From a virus, in the IMG/VR virus record IMGVR_UViG_3300022902_000006: a DNA stretch of 64,000 nt; one strand, 5' to 3'. This document shows, piece by piece, positions 19,939 to 29,550 of the stretch (its first letter is position 1; every line of letters begins with the position of its first letter). The position numbers and the translations under genes were made by a program. The notes under the pieces are model-generated. The model saw only the letters and a program-made list of their open reading frames with translations. It searched no databases and was not told the origin of the DNA.

Positions 19939-19986
19939 TTGTATCCCCAGTGCTAATCGCCTATAATTGCAGCAGGAAATTACCAC

Positions 19987-20295
19987 ATGGCATACGAAAA
20001 TCCATACAGCCCTCACGTCCCGCGCCCCAGTGTGGACACCGACGTGTTATCCCAACTCCCGGAATCTGCGAAGTATTACCCCGGTGGGAAGGCATTCTCT
20101 TCTGGAGCATCCGACAACGCCCTCTACGGTACCGTCGCCCTGGGTATGAGTCCTTTACTACTCCCTTTTCTGGTCATGGCGGGCAAGAAGGGTCTGCGCC
20201 GCTTCCGCAAAACGTCCTCCGCGCCCCCGACTCGCCGAGCCTCCACCGTCGCCGCTGCCCTCGGCCTCATCTCACGATGCCCCTCTTCCAAGTAA
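19987..20295 (+). CDS. hypothetical membrane-associated protein
   Basis: CCTATAAT upstream; one hydrophobic helix. Confidence 0.55.
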   Translation: MAYENPYSPHVPRPSVDTDVLSQLPESAKYYPGGKAFSSGASDNALYGTVALGMSPLLLPFLVMAGKKGLRRFRKTSSAPPTRRASTVAAALGLISRCPSSK

Positions 20296-20885
20296 CAGAT
20301 GCACGCCTACGCGTCGAACACGCGAAGTGGCACAATGTGTTCAACCGCTACCGTGGCCCTATCCCATTGGGGTTGTGCTTCACGTGCATGATCGCAGACA
20401 CCAACGGAAACGCAGCCACCCCCAGAGCACCACGCCTCGAAGGCATCATGGGTATACACCTTCGAGAAGGTCTCAGCATCGGCCTCACGCGTGAAGACTT
20501 CGTGAAAGACACCAACAACATCTACGCCTGGTGCACGTACGTCAACGCACTCGCCGATGCGGTGCACACCGCGTACCCAAAAAGGTGGTTACGCGCAGAC
20601 TACGACTTCTGGAGCGCCGTACGTCTCTACCAACTGCTGGGCGCGCTACACTTCGCCAACTTCCCAAAAAAAGCAACCATCGAAGCCATCGAACAGATGC
20701 TGGCTACGAACCCCACCATCGCAGTGTCCCACGTCGTGATCAACAGACAACTCATGGCGCACACAAAACGAGTGCGCACAGCGTGTAAACTACTCGACGG
20801 CGCGGACAAAAAAGGATCCGTTTTCTCAACCCGGCCAAATACACTCCCTGGCAACGGATTGCAGCGCTTGGAGGCCACAGCATGA
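20277..20885 (+). CDS. lysozyme/SLT-like fold protein, possibly degenerate
   Basis: GIMGI...DTNNIYAW resembles SLT motifs GLMQ and DP..NI; ATG at 20277 chosen by hand. Confidence 0.35.
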   Translation: MPLFQVTDARLRVEHAKWHNVFNRYRGPIPLGLCFTCMIADTNGNAATPRAPRLEGIMGIHLREGLSIGLTREDFVKDTNNIYAWCTYVNALADAVHTAYPKRWLRADYDFWSAVRLYQLLGALHFANFPKKATIEAIEQMLATNPTIAVSHVVINRQLMAHTKRVRTACKLLDGADKKGSVFSTRPNTLPGNGLQRLEATA

Positions 20886-21676
20886 ACACGGAGAAAACAG
20901 AAACGGAGGAACTGGCACAGGTAGTACAACGCCTGCTGCCTCCAAAATTCCGCCCTGCAGCAAAAGCAAGTCGTCTGCTCGAAAATATAACAGACCCGGA
21001 GCCCACCATGACGCCAACAATCCAAGGTAAGACCGCTGCACTGGTCCTCCTCAAAATCGCAGCCCCCGCCCCGGGACCCTACCAGGACCCCAGCGCCAGC
21101 ACCGACGCAGGCGACATCACCTCCACGCTCCTTGGGGGCATTCCTGTACTTGGCCCCGCAGCCGCAGGTCTCGCCAGCGGGTACATGACTCCACGAAACA
21201 ACACCAGCGTCGGGGCCATGACCACCGCAGGTAGTGCCTTCGGGCAGGCCGCTGGTGGCATGGGTGGCGCGGCCATCGGTGCGGGCCTGGGAGCTGGTGG
21301 TCTGGCCCTGGCCAAACGCCTGGGCTTCGACCCCGGCATCAGCACGGGTGACGCAGCCGCGATCGGTGGCCTCCTGGGTGGTGGCCTCGGCATGATCGGC
21401 GGTGGAAGCTACGGTGCCAGCCGAGGGCGCGACGCTACCGAGAGCGCGGCCATGAAAAGCGAGATTCGTGGCATTGTCCAAGAACAGCTCGCCCAGGCGC
21501 GTGAACAGCGTCGTGCCGCGCAGCAACAACGGGCAATCATCGACTCTCGCCGCCAGGGTGCCCAGATTGGTGCCCAGCGTGGGATGCAGCTCTACGCCCG
21601 GAAGCTCCATGAAGCAATGCGTCAGCGTCAGCAACAGCGTCAGCAACCACAGCAGCAGCCCCAATACTTCCAGTAG
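20882..21676 (+). CDS. Gly-rich putative internal virion protein
   Basis: Glycine zippers, Gln-rich tail, KTAA/KIAA motifs. Confidence 0.65.
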   Translation: MNTEKTETEELAQVVQRLLPPKFRPAAKASRLLENITDPEPTMTPTIQGKTAALVLLKIAAPAPGPYQDPSASTDAGDITSTLLGGIPVLGPAAAGLASGYMTPRNNTSVGAMTTAGSAFGQAAGGMGGAAIGAGLGAGGLALAKRLGFDPGISTGDAAAIGGLLGGGLGMIGGGSYGASRGRDATESAAMKSEIRGIVQEQLAQAREQRRAAQQQRAIIDSRRQGAQIGAQRGMQLYARKLHEAMRQRQQQRQQPQQQPQYFQ

Positions 21677-21685
21677 GAGAGGCAG

Positions 21686-22054
21686 ATGGCCCGTGAACTC
21701 AAAGTAACCGCCACCGTCGAATGGCCCATGGTCGCAGGTCAGCAGGCCATGAAGATCCCCCTCGCCGTCGCGTTGACGTACGAAGAGGCCGTCGCCATCG
21801 AGAACAAGTACGCCAGTCCAGTTACGGATGAGGCCGTCACGCTCCCCATGACCACTGCCAAGTTCCTTCTCGTACAGTGCACAGGGGAAAACGCCTCCAT
21901 CAAGATCAACGGCGGTGGTGCCATCCCCATCACGAAAACCGTGGGCACCACTGGGGGCTTCGCAATGGTCTGGAGCAACGACGGCGCAATCACAGCCTTG
22001 TCTGTCACGCTCGCCGCTGCACCCGCCACCGTCACCATTCTCGCGTTCGCGTAG
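21686..22054 (+). CDS. small beta-rich virion protein
   Basis: SD GGAGAGG; 122 aa. Confidence 0.65.
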   Translation: MARELKVTATVEWPMVAGQQAMKIPLAVALTYEEAVAIENKYASPVTDEAVTLPMTTAKFLLVQCTGENASIKINGGGAIPITKTVGTTGGFAMVWSNDGAITALSVTLAAAPATVTILAFA

Positions 22055-22065
22055 GGAGAACCACC

Positions 22066-22869
22066 ATGGATAAAATCGCCATCCGTCAGTTCGCACAAAA
22101 CCTACTGCGCCGCACGCAGGGGGCGAAGGGGCACATACCCGGTGCAAACCAGCTCAACCTCGCCGCGAGCCCCCAGAACGCCGCAGCCGGGGGTGGTCTC
22201 CTGGGTGGGGCCGCAGGCGCAGCCAGCGGGGACGACTACTCCCTGTCCCGCATCCTCGGAGGCGCAGCAGCGGGCGCGGGTCTGGGATACGGCGGTGCCA
22301 AGGGGTTGAAACACCTGACGGGCCAGCGACACGGGTCGCGCCTACTGGGACCGGGGGTCGGAGTTCCACGACAACCACCCCCTTCCTCTGGTGCGCCCAT
22401 CATCACACCTTCACCCGCAGGAGCGGCAGGGGGGACTGCGGCAACCCCCGCGCGCCAAGCAGGCCAAGAAGCGGCGCGGAAGCAACTCGCGCTGCCTCAA
22501 CACGCAGGACAGACCCAGCAGGGTGCTGTCGAGCTGGAAGCAGGTCTCCCGTCGCTGGCCGAACGCGCTGCGCCACGCGTCGCACCCCCATCCAGCGGAC
22601 GCCCCATCGAGCTGGGCCAAACCGCAGGCAAGTCTGAGGGCATGGGCGCGGCTGCGAAAAGCTGGATGAACACCCCCGAGGGGAAGAACCAAATGTTCAA
22701 CGACCTCCGCCGTAAGATACAAGCTGGTAAGCCGCTCAGTTCACAAGAGCAGGGTCTCGCCCGGCAACTCGGGGTTCCCCCCCAGAACCTCCCCGGCCCT
22801 GGACTCGGACGCATCCCCACTCCACAGCAAGCCCCCACTCCACCAATCTACGGCCCATTCGGCATGTAA
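22066..22869 (+). CDS. Gly/Pro-rich putative internal virion protein
   Basis: Starts MDKIA after GGGAG; glycine zipper. Confidence 0.65.
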   Translation: MDKIAIRQFAQNLLRRTQGAKGHIPGANQLNLAASPQNAAAGGGLLGGAAGAASGDDYSLSRILGGAAAGAGLGYGGAKGLKHLTGQRHGSRLLGPGVGVPRQPPPSSGAPIITPSPAGAAGGTAATPARQAGQEAARKQLALPQHAGQTQQGAVELEAGLPSLAERAAPRVAPPSSGRPIELGQTAGKSEGMGAAAKSWMNTPEGKNQMFNDLRRKIQAGKPLSSQEQGLARQLGVPPQNLPGPGLGRIPTPQQAPTPPIYGPFGM

Positions 22870-22870
22870 G

Positions 22871-23116
22871 GTGCGAAAGCTCGGGCAAATACACGCACTT
22901 GCGTCGCTAGGTTACGGCGTAAAGCACGCAAGTGCGATGATACCCGTCCAGGGATCCAGGGACCCATACAGCGACGTGCAGCGTAAGTTGACCGACGCCT
23001 TCTCTGTTAAGATGCCGAAGTTCGACATCTCCGAATCCCTCTCTCGCATGTTGGGTAACCCATTCAAGCAACCCCAGGATCAAATTGCGGGGAAGATAAC
23101 GCCAGTGAGGATGTGA
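22871..23116 (+). CDS. small protein with G-x3-AL-x2-LG tag
   Basis: GQIHALASLGYGVKHA. Confidence 0.55.
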   Translation: MRKLGQIHALASLGYGVKHASAMIPVQGSRDPYSDVQRKLTDAFSVKMPKFDISESLSRMLGNPFKQPQDQIAGKITPVRM

Positions 23117-23901
23117 TGATGCCCTCTCCCTACTACAAATTCGCCACCACCGCACTCGGCATCCTGGCTGAACAGGAGAAGCTCGCCAAACACAAGCTCT
23201 CCCGCCGCATGGACTTCCATGGCCTGAAGATCTCCATCGAGACGGACAAGGGCGAGTTCCGCCACTGGTATGACCCTCACAACAAGGAGAAGGGTAAGAC
23301 CAAGATGTCCCACCCCTACGGCTACATTCGCCGTACAGAGGGTGTGGACGGCGACCACGTGGACGTCTACATAGGCCCCCACCTCGATGCCCCCTTCGTC
23401 TACATCGTGCACCAGATGAAGGCCCCCGACTTCACCGCGTACGACGAAGACAAGTGCATGTTGGGGTTCCAAAACGCTGCTGACGCGAAGGCCGCATACC
23501 TCACCAACTTCAATGACGACCGTTTCTTTGGTACCATGGACAAATTACCGTTCGCCACTTTCAAGACGAAGGTCATGGCCACGTTCAACAACCCAAAGAA
23601 GGTCACCGGACAGCGCCTCAAGAGCGCCGAACTCGCCTACCAGGTCAAGGTGAGCAACGCATTCACAAACCTGTTCCGGCGCGCGCCCAAACCTGCTGCT
23701 CCTGCTGCCGTACCTGGGATGCCGTCCTCGGCGTGGGCACTCGCCGCTCCCGCTGTAGGTGTCCCACTCGGCCTTGGTGCTGCATCAGCGTACACGAATC
23801 ACCAAGTACCACCCCCACCATCACCTGACCAGAGTGTGGTCACCACAGCGGGTAACTACCTGAAGGACCTATTGGGCGTCGCGCCCACGACTGAGGATTA
23901 G
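23113..23901 (+). CDS. inorganic pyrophosphatase-like (InPase) domain protein
   Basis: GLKISIE..KG, YGYI..TEG.DGDHVDVYIG and YDEDKCMLGF match the polyvalent-protein InPase domain. Confidence 0.8.
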   Translation: MMMPSPYYKFATTALGILAEQEKLAKHKLSRRMDFHGLKISIETDKGEFRHWYDPHNKEKGKTKMSHPYGYIRRTEGVDGDHVDVYIGPHLDAPFVYIVHQMKAPDFTAYDEDKCMLGFQNAADAKAAYLTNFNDDRFFGTMDKLPFATFKTKVMATFNNPKKVTGQRLKSAELAYQVKVSNAFTNLFRRAPKPAAPAAVPGMPSSAWALAAPAVGVPLGLGAASAYTNHQVPPPPSPDQSVVTTAGNYLKDLLGVAPTTED

Positions 23902-23903
23902 CA

Positions 23904-24767
23904 ATGAACCCACGTGAGCACCAAGCACTACTCATCAAACTCGGACTGGATACAAGCCAGGGTATCCCTGCTGGGTCCATGGAAGAGCAGCTCCTCGGGT
24001 ACGGGAAGCCCCTGCTCGCCATCGGTGGTGGCGCTGCTGGTGGTGCCATCCTGGGTGGCTTGGGCGACAAGCTACTGGGGACCGCACTCAACCGTCAAGA
24101 CCTCCCACCAATCCTCACCATGTTGGGTATGGCGGGTGGTGGCTACGGCGGGTACCAAGCAGCACAGCCCACCGATGGACAATCCAGCTTCTGGGATAAA
24201 ATCCGCAGGAAGACCAACGACGCCTCGCAGAGCGTCTTCGGTAGCAACTGGACCGAACCCCAAGGCACGGGCGGTGTGGGCGCAGGGGCATTCAGAGACA
24301 CCACCTCGAAAGACGCAGCGTTCCTCGGCGACAACGTCCCCAGCATCACCCCTCGGCCTCAACCCCCCATGCCCAACAAGGTGGCCGCTGCACAACCATC
24401 CTTGGGTGACCCCGACTACTGGGCGGGGGGCCAAGCTGAGATCATCAAGCAGCAACTCGCCTCTCAAGGGGGCACTCCGATGCCCGAGGCCCCTATGCCC
24501 GAGGCTTCCGCACCCGGCGGTGCAGAGGGCGGCGGATCCACTGGCGTGGAGCAAGTAGCGGCGCAGCTCCCCCCGGGGTCCTTCCAGGGACTCAACATCC
24601 GTGTGACGCCCGAAGGAAAACGCTCCACGGGCCTGAAGGTCACCCCGGATGCCTTGGCTTCTCCCGAGGTGCTGCAGCAGGTATTCCAGACAGAACCCGA
24701 AGCCCGCATCGAAATCACCTCACCCGAGACCTCCGCATCCGTGACGAGCTTCAGTGAGCGTGGCTGA
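23904..24767 (+). CDS. Gly/Pro-rich putative internal virion protein
   Basis: Glycine zipper; LLIKLGL and KVAA motifs. Confidence 0.6.
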   Translation: MNPREHQALLIKLGLDTSQGIPAGSMEEQLLGYGKPLLAIGGGAAGGAILGGLGDKLLGTALNRQDLPPILTMLGMAGGGYGGYQAAQPTDGQSSFWDKIRRKTNDASQSVFGSNWTEPQGTGGVGAGAFRDTTSKDAAFLGDNVPSITPRPQPPMPNKVAAAQPSLGDPDYWAGGQAEIIKQQLASQGGTPMPEAPMPEASAPGGAEGGGSTGVEQVAAQLPPGSFQGLNIRVTPEGKRSTGLKVTPDALASPEVLQQVFQTEPEARIEITSPETSASVTSFSERG

Positions 24768-25084
24768 TGTCCCAGCACGCACACCATGGGGCCGCTGCCG
24801 CCCTTACGAAGCTGGGGTTCAACGTGGGCCTGTACCCCTACTTCCCACGCACTGAGGAAGCCACTCCTCCCACTGCGAAGAAACCCGAACGCGACCCCTG
24901 GACCAAGGTTCGCATGATGGGTCCCGCCGTCGGAGCAACCACTGGGGGTGTCCTGGGTTTGGTCTCAGCCCTACGCAACCCCCGCAGCATCGGGAAGACC
25001 CTCAAGCACACCCTCGGCGGTGCAGGCACGGGCTCTCTGCTCGGCTGGGCACCCGACTTCTACTCCACCGCATACGAAGCATAA
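24767..25084 (+). CDS. small glycine-zipper protein with G-x3-AL-x2-LG tag
   Basis: GAAAALTKLGF; GAVGATTGGVLG. Confidence 0.6.
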   Translation: MSQHAHHGAAAALTKLGFNVGLYPYFPRTEEATPPTAKKPERDPWTKVRMMGPAVGATTGGVLGLVSALRNPRSIGKTLKHTLGGAGTGSLLGWAPDFYSTAYEA

Positions 25085-25148
25085 CCCCCTACATTCACGT
25101 ACATAGCTCCCTTGACAGCTACACCATTTGTATGTTTATCTTACCAAC

Positions 25149-25622
25149 ATGGAAAATGACCACCGACTCATTGTACGCCTACGCAGCATGGATGCGCCGC
25201 CTGCCACACGCAGCCTGATACACCTCCGTGTTTCCCAACTCGGATTCAAGATGGCACGCACCACACGCTTCGAACTCCACGCCAACGCCGAACGCTTCAC
25301 CACCATTTTCGAATACGCAGGTGCCCCCCGCCTCCTACCCCCTGACATGGACCGCTGCACCGCCGCGATGTTCATCCTCGCCAATGACGCCAGCACCGAC
25401 CTCATGGTGACCTATGTCGACGCCCAACTGCATATGACCCCCATCGGCCACATCCAGAACCTCGATGTGGTCCTCACCCCTGATACCCGCGACGTGAAAA
25501 TCCGCCTCGTACGTGCTAATGGTGTAGGGCTATCCGACGCCCTCATGGAAGAGATCGCCACTCTCGGCGGCATCGAATTCATGGTCGACGAAATCGGGGA
25601 GACCCCAGAGGAACCTGCGTAA
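25149..25622 (+). CDS. hypothetical protein
   Basis: 157 aa; TTGACA upstream at about 25112; stop overlaps the next start. Confidence 0.6.
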   Translation: MENDHRLIVRLRSMDAPPATRSLIHLRVSQLGFKMARTTRFELHANAERFTTIFEYAGAPRLLPPDMDRCTAAMFILANDASTDLMVTYVDAQLHMTPIGHIQNLDVVLTPDTRDVKIRLVRANGVGLSDALMEEIATLGGIEFMVDEIGETPEEPA

Positions 25623-25939
25623 TGCCCACCATCATGCAAAACTTCGGCTGTTTGAAATGTGGCCACGTACAGGAAGAGTTGCTTCACGGCAACTACACCG
25701 CTGGTGCGCCCTACACCGCCGACGATGTAAAGTGTGAAGAATGTGGGGGTAAGATGAGCCCTGAAGTACCTGCCACCCACACCTTCAGTACCATCGTACC
25801 CACGACCAACACCAGCAAGCGTCACAAGGCAGGTTATGTTCACCAATACGTGGACCGCCCCGCCGAGAAGACCTCAGTGGGTCCCATGGGGGGTGTCACC
25901 AAGGGAGTGCACAAGGGAACGGGTTGCCTGAATGAATAA
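25622..25939 (+). CDS. FmdB-like zinc-ribbon protein
   Basis: CLKCGH...CEECGG Zn ribbon. Confidence 0.65.
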   Translation: MPTIMQNFGCLKCGHVQEELLHGNYTAGAPYTADDVKCEECGGKMSPEVPATHTFSTIVPTTNTSKRHKAGYVHQYVDRPAEKTSVGPMGGVTKGVHKGTGCLNE

Positions 25940-26606
25940 GAAGAAACCTATATCCCGCCCCCTCTTCTGGGTTGAAGGCATCATCGGCTGCGGTAAAACC
26001 ACCTTCTGCCGCGAAGTAGGGAAGCGCCTCAAGCTGCGTGTCATTGAGGAGCCCGTCGCCGAAAACCCGTACCTCGCACCCTTCTACGACAACCCCGCAG
26101 ATCACGCCTTCGCCATGCAGATCTTCCTCCTCGGAAAACGACACGCCATGCAGCAGCTCGCCGCGTGGGAGTCCACTGGGGTAGGCGGATACGGCGGAGC
26201 CATGCTTGACCGCTCACTGGCCGGGGACCGTGTCTTCGCCAAGCTGCACCGCGACGCGGGGAACATCACTGCCCTCGACTGGGAAACCTACGAGATGTGG
26301 TACGACATCGCGTGCCGCAACCTCCTGCCGCCCACACGCATCATCTACCTTGACGCGTCCCCTGAGACTGCGCTGGAGCGCATCCGCAAGCGCACCGAGG
26401 AAGACCCAAAGACACGGGGGTGTGAGTCCAAAATCCTGCTCCCCTATTTGCAACAACTCGAAGCGGGCTACCACGCACTGCTCGCCGAAGCCCGCGTGGG
26501 GTTGCTGCCTTGGGCACACGCCATAACCGTGAAAGAGATGGTGTGGGACCCAATCAACGACCACCCGGACTGGGACCGCATCGCAAACAATGTGGCCCAG
26601 GACTAA
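25932..26606 (+). CDS. dnk: deoxynucleoside kinase
   Basis: VEGIIGCGKTT P-loop, EEPV, DRS..GD.VF, IIYLDASPE..LERI.KR. Confidence 0.9.
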   Translation: MNKKKPISRPLFWVEGIIGCGKTTFCREVGKRLKLRVIEEPVAENPYLAPFYDNPADHAFAMQIFLLGKRHAMQQLAAWESTGVGGYGGAMLDRSLAGDRVFAKLHRDAGNITALDWETYEMWYDIACRNLLPPTRIIYLDASPETALERIRKRTEEDPKTRGCESKILLPYLQQLEAGYHALLAEARVGLLPWAHAITVKEMVWDPINDHPDWDRIANNVAQD

Positions 26607-26607
26607 C

Positions 26608-26823
26608 ATGCGCGGCATCGAATACACGTACCCCCTTGCGCTAGGTGACTTCCTACAAGACCATGGAGACGGGACCTACTCCACTTTACGTGGTAAATAC
26701 CAAGGTGCCCTGACCAACGCTCCTACTGGATACATCCGAAACTTCGTACTAAAAAAATGGGACCTCACTGACCAAGAACGCCGCGTGCTAACGCGGTACA
26801 GCGTAAAGGATAAAGAAAAATGA
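26608..26823 (+). CDS. hypothetical protein
   Basis: 71 aa; tightly packed. Confidence 0.5.
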   Translation: MRGIEYTYPLALGDFLQDHGDGTYSTLRGKYQGALTNAPTGYIRNFVLKKWDLTDQERRVLTRYSVKDKEK

Positions 26824-27413
26824 GTGGAAACCAAGATGGCGACAACCCCTCAGTCAAGATGTCCGCTGGCCCCGGAGATATGTTCTCCAGCATGCTCGCT
26901 GCAGGAGCAGAACGGGATGTGGCCAAAGAGGCGCTTGATGCTGCACTTCGTCGGCTCCCCACACACTACACTGAAGAAGTTGATGTGGGTTGCACGGAAT
27001 TCGGCCAACTGGACCGCAACAACAAAAACACGTTGGGGATGTGCATCTCAAACGACGTGGCCTGCGTACGCCCCCTTGGGGGTGATGGCCCTGATACTCC
27101 ACCCAAAACCCTCGTGTGGGTGCCCGTCACAAAGATCGAACTGGAAAGGCGCGAGTGGCCTATTGGTACCCATGGTCCCACGGACACAGCAGAGAACCTC
27201 GCCGACTCCGTCATTGCAGCCATCACCCACGATGTACTCCAGGTGCTGAACCCCACCTTGAGTAACCTGGAGTTCCGCGTCCTGCGCATCAGCGTCATCA
27301 ACGAAACGACGACCCTGTGCTTCTCCAGAGAGGCCGATATCCTCGTCCTCGATGGGGCCATCACCGCCCTCATCTTCACCGTATCTGAACCAGAGGTTGA
27401 CAGCGCGGGGTAA
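26820..27413 (+). CDS. hypothetical protein
   Basis: 197 aa; ATGA overlap with the previous stop. Confidence 0.6.
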   Translation: MSGNQDGDNPSVKMSAGPGDMFSSMLAAGAERDVAKEALDAALRRLPTHYTEEVDVGCTEFGQLDRNNKNTLGMCISNDVACVRPLGGDGPDTPPKTLVWVPVTKIELERREWPIGTHGPTDTAENLADSVIAAITHDVLQVLNPTLSNLEFRVLRISVINETTTLCFSREADILVLDGAITALIFTVSEPEVDSAG

Positions 27414-27471
27414 GTACCCCTACACTTTACGTCAGCCGTGGTAATAACTCTCCTGTTGGTCAGTAAAAGGT

Positions 27472-27502
27472 AAAGGGCCTGGAAACGGGCCTTTTGCTTT
27501 TT
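27472..27502 (+). terminator. Rho-independent terminator
   Basis: AAGGGCCT-GGAAAC-GGGCCTTTT followed by a T-rich tract. Confidence 0.55.
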
Positions 27503-27512
27503 GGGGTGCACA

Positions 27513-28076
27513 ATGCGTAGCTCCATTGCTCCCATACGCCGCTTCAATAAACAAAACACCTCCCCAATGGACGCACTTCTAGCGTACTTCGAAGAGCTGC
27601 GTGTGCATTGCCGCAACAACGTACAGGGACACATGCTCAACGCGCCTGCAAGTGCGTCTACGGCCACCAGTTGGAAGGTATCGGTGACTTCCAGCATCAT
27701 CACTGTGAACGGCGTAACCAAATCCCTCCACAACAGCGGCTCCGACTACATCGTCTACTCAAGTGGCACCCCCATCATAGGGGCTAACCAATCTTGCGTC
27801 GCAGCGTTCATCGCGTATATCAACAGCGGCAGCATCACCCACACCGCCATGCTTGGCACCGCTGCGACTACCGGGGTTGCCCCCACCGCTGCACAGATCA
27901 CTTCCGCCCTAACCGAACGCCCCTGGATCCGCCTTGGAGAAACAACACTCCATGATACTGGTGGTGTCATCACGCAGAGCTACGACAGCGCTCGCCGCCC
28001 CATCCTCGGTGTCACTGTAGCGCCAACGATTGGGGACTGCTCCTTCATTGACCGCCTCAAAGACGCTGGCTTATAA
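27513..28076 (+). CDS. putative virion protein
   Basis: Thr/Ser/Ala-rich beta protein; start uncertain. Confidence 0.55.
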   Translation: MRSSIAPIRRFNKQNTSPMDALLAYFEELRVHCRNNVQGHMLNAPASASTATSWKVSVTSSIITVNGVTKSLHNSGSDYIVYSSGTPIIGANQSCVAAFIAYINSGSITHTAMLGTAATTGVAPTAAQITSALTERPWIRLGETTLHDTGGVITQSYDSARRPILGVTVAPTIGDCSFIDRLKDAGL

Positions 28077-28083
28077 TCCACAC

Positions 28084-28650
28084 ATGGCTGAGACCGACAC
28101 CCCAACCCCTCCAAAGAAATCACCCATCACCATCTGGGCAACAGCAATTGCTACGATACTCACCGCTGCCACCGGACTCGTTCTAGGGCTTGTGGCTGTC
28201 TACAGTGGGGAAGATGGAGCTAAAAAAGCGTACACCATCACCAAGGATGTCATCGAACGACAACAGAAGGATATCGAGGACGCTTGGAAGGATATTGACA
28301 AAGCAAACGACCGCATCGACGTGCTCTACGCCATGCTGATCGGTAAGGTCCCTACATCGTCACCTCATCACCGTGTCAAAACAGAAGTGGAAGAAGAGCG
28401 TAGGTCTCCCGCCCATGTGCGTATGCGCATGACCACACGCCGCGTACGCGTCCCCACAGCACACCGCCGCCCCACCCCCGTTGCTCGCATTGAGACTGCA
28501 TCTGCAGCGGTCCCCGACACCCGAGACACCCTCAGCCCCGACGCAGGTGTTGGTCCTGACATCACCATGCCCAAGGCCCTCAAGCGCGTACACCGCGCTC
28601 CTCGTCGCCCCAAGAAGGCAATGCCCGCGTGGGGCCAAGTACAACAGTAG
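28084..28650 (+). CDS. membrane-anchored coiled-coil protein (i-spanin/holin-like architecture)
   Basis: One N-terminal TM helix, coiled coil, basic Pro-rich tail. Confidence 0.5.
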   Translation: MAETDTPTPPKKSPITIWATAIATILTAATGLVLGLVAVYSGEDGAKKAYTITKDVIERQQKDIEDAWKDIDKANDRIDVLYAMLIGKVPTSSPHHRVKTEVEEERRSPAHVRMRMTTRRVRVPTAHRRPTPVARIETASAAVPDTRDTLSPDAGVGPDITMPKALKRVHRAPRRPKKAMPAWGQVQQ

Positions 28651-28970
28651 GATCTAAAAACTCCATGTCGTCCTGACCATGGAGGTAGCACCCACTTGAA
28701 TCCTTGCAGAGGTATGAGTCCAGTCGTCGAAAGGCGCCTTTCGTACCGTGAGGAATACTTCAATTTGCGTACAAAGCGAATGACTTCTTCACCTTTTACA
28801 GCGAGTAGTAAATTGAAGTAATCGGAGCGGTACGAAAGGATGCCGATCGTTACTGGAACTCATGTTGGCCTTTGTCGGGAACTGGTGACTGTAAAAAAGG
28901 CCGTCGACGATGTATGGTGAAAATCTCGACGTTACGCCGAGGGGTGATCGTCACATCACACTACTGGGTA
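28651..28970. ncRNA. putative structured ncRNA carrying one copy of the array hairpin
   Basis: No convincing ORF; 12-bp + 11-bp inverted repeat at 28738-28839; GGCCTTT/AAAGGCC stem; hairpin CTCGACGTTACGCCGAG at 28925-28941; promoter motif at 28976. Confidence 0.5.
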
Positions 28971-29042
28971 CTACATTTTCTTATACCAACCCCTTGACAC
29001 TAATTCGCACGTGCTTACCCTATAAACACAGAGGAGAAAACG

Positions 29043-29391
29043 ATGCGACCTTGCCCTTGCTAAACACCCCGAGCCCCACAACCCCCTGACTCACTACATC
29101 ATCGTGCGCCGAGATATCCCCCGAGGCGTGCAAGCTGCCCAGATTACCCACGCAGCAGGTGAGTCCAGCCCTGGCGACCTTGCCAGCGGCACCTACGCAG
29201 TCGTGCTAACCGTCCCTGACGAAGCCGAGCTGCGTGCCCTCAGCGCCCGTCTACACACCAAAGAGATTCGCCACAGGACCATCTGTGAGAACGCACCTGC
29301 GTACGCTGGCCAGGCCATGGCCATCGGCGCCGAGCCTGCGCCCCGCAGCGTACTGAGGAGGCACTTCAGCAGCTTACCGCTGCTTCGATAA
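29043..29391 (+). CDS. peptidyl-tRNA hydrolase, Pth2 family (5' end frame-disrupted)
   Basis: THYIIVRRDIPRGVQAAQITHAA, VVL.VPDEAEL and GQAMAIG motifs; the SD-backed ATG at 29043 is out of frame with the main ORF. Confidence 0.75.
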
Positions 29392-29401
29392 GTAGTACCC
29401 C

Positions 29402-29487
29402 GCGCGGGTAGCTCAGTGGTCAGAGCGCTCCGTCCTGTCCTCGGACAGCAGACGGCGAGGTCGGAGGTTCAACTCCTCCCCCGCGCA
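29402..29487 (+). ncRNA. tRNA-like RNA with the anticodon arm replaced by a long hairpin
   Basis: 7-bp acceptor GCGCGGG/CCCGCGC, canonical D arm, T arm GGAGG-TTCAACT-CCTCC; central arm CCGTC-CTGTC-CTCG-GACAG-CA-GACGG has no 7-nt loop. Confidence 0.8.
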
Positions 29488-29550
29488 CTCATTCCCCTCA
29501 CGGGTGTAAGGCCCGATTACCTAGTTTGACTCTGGGGAGGGGAGCCACAT

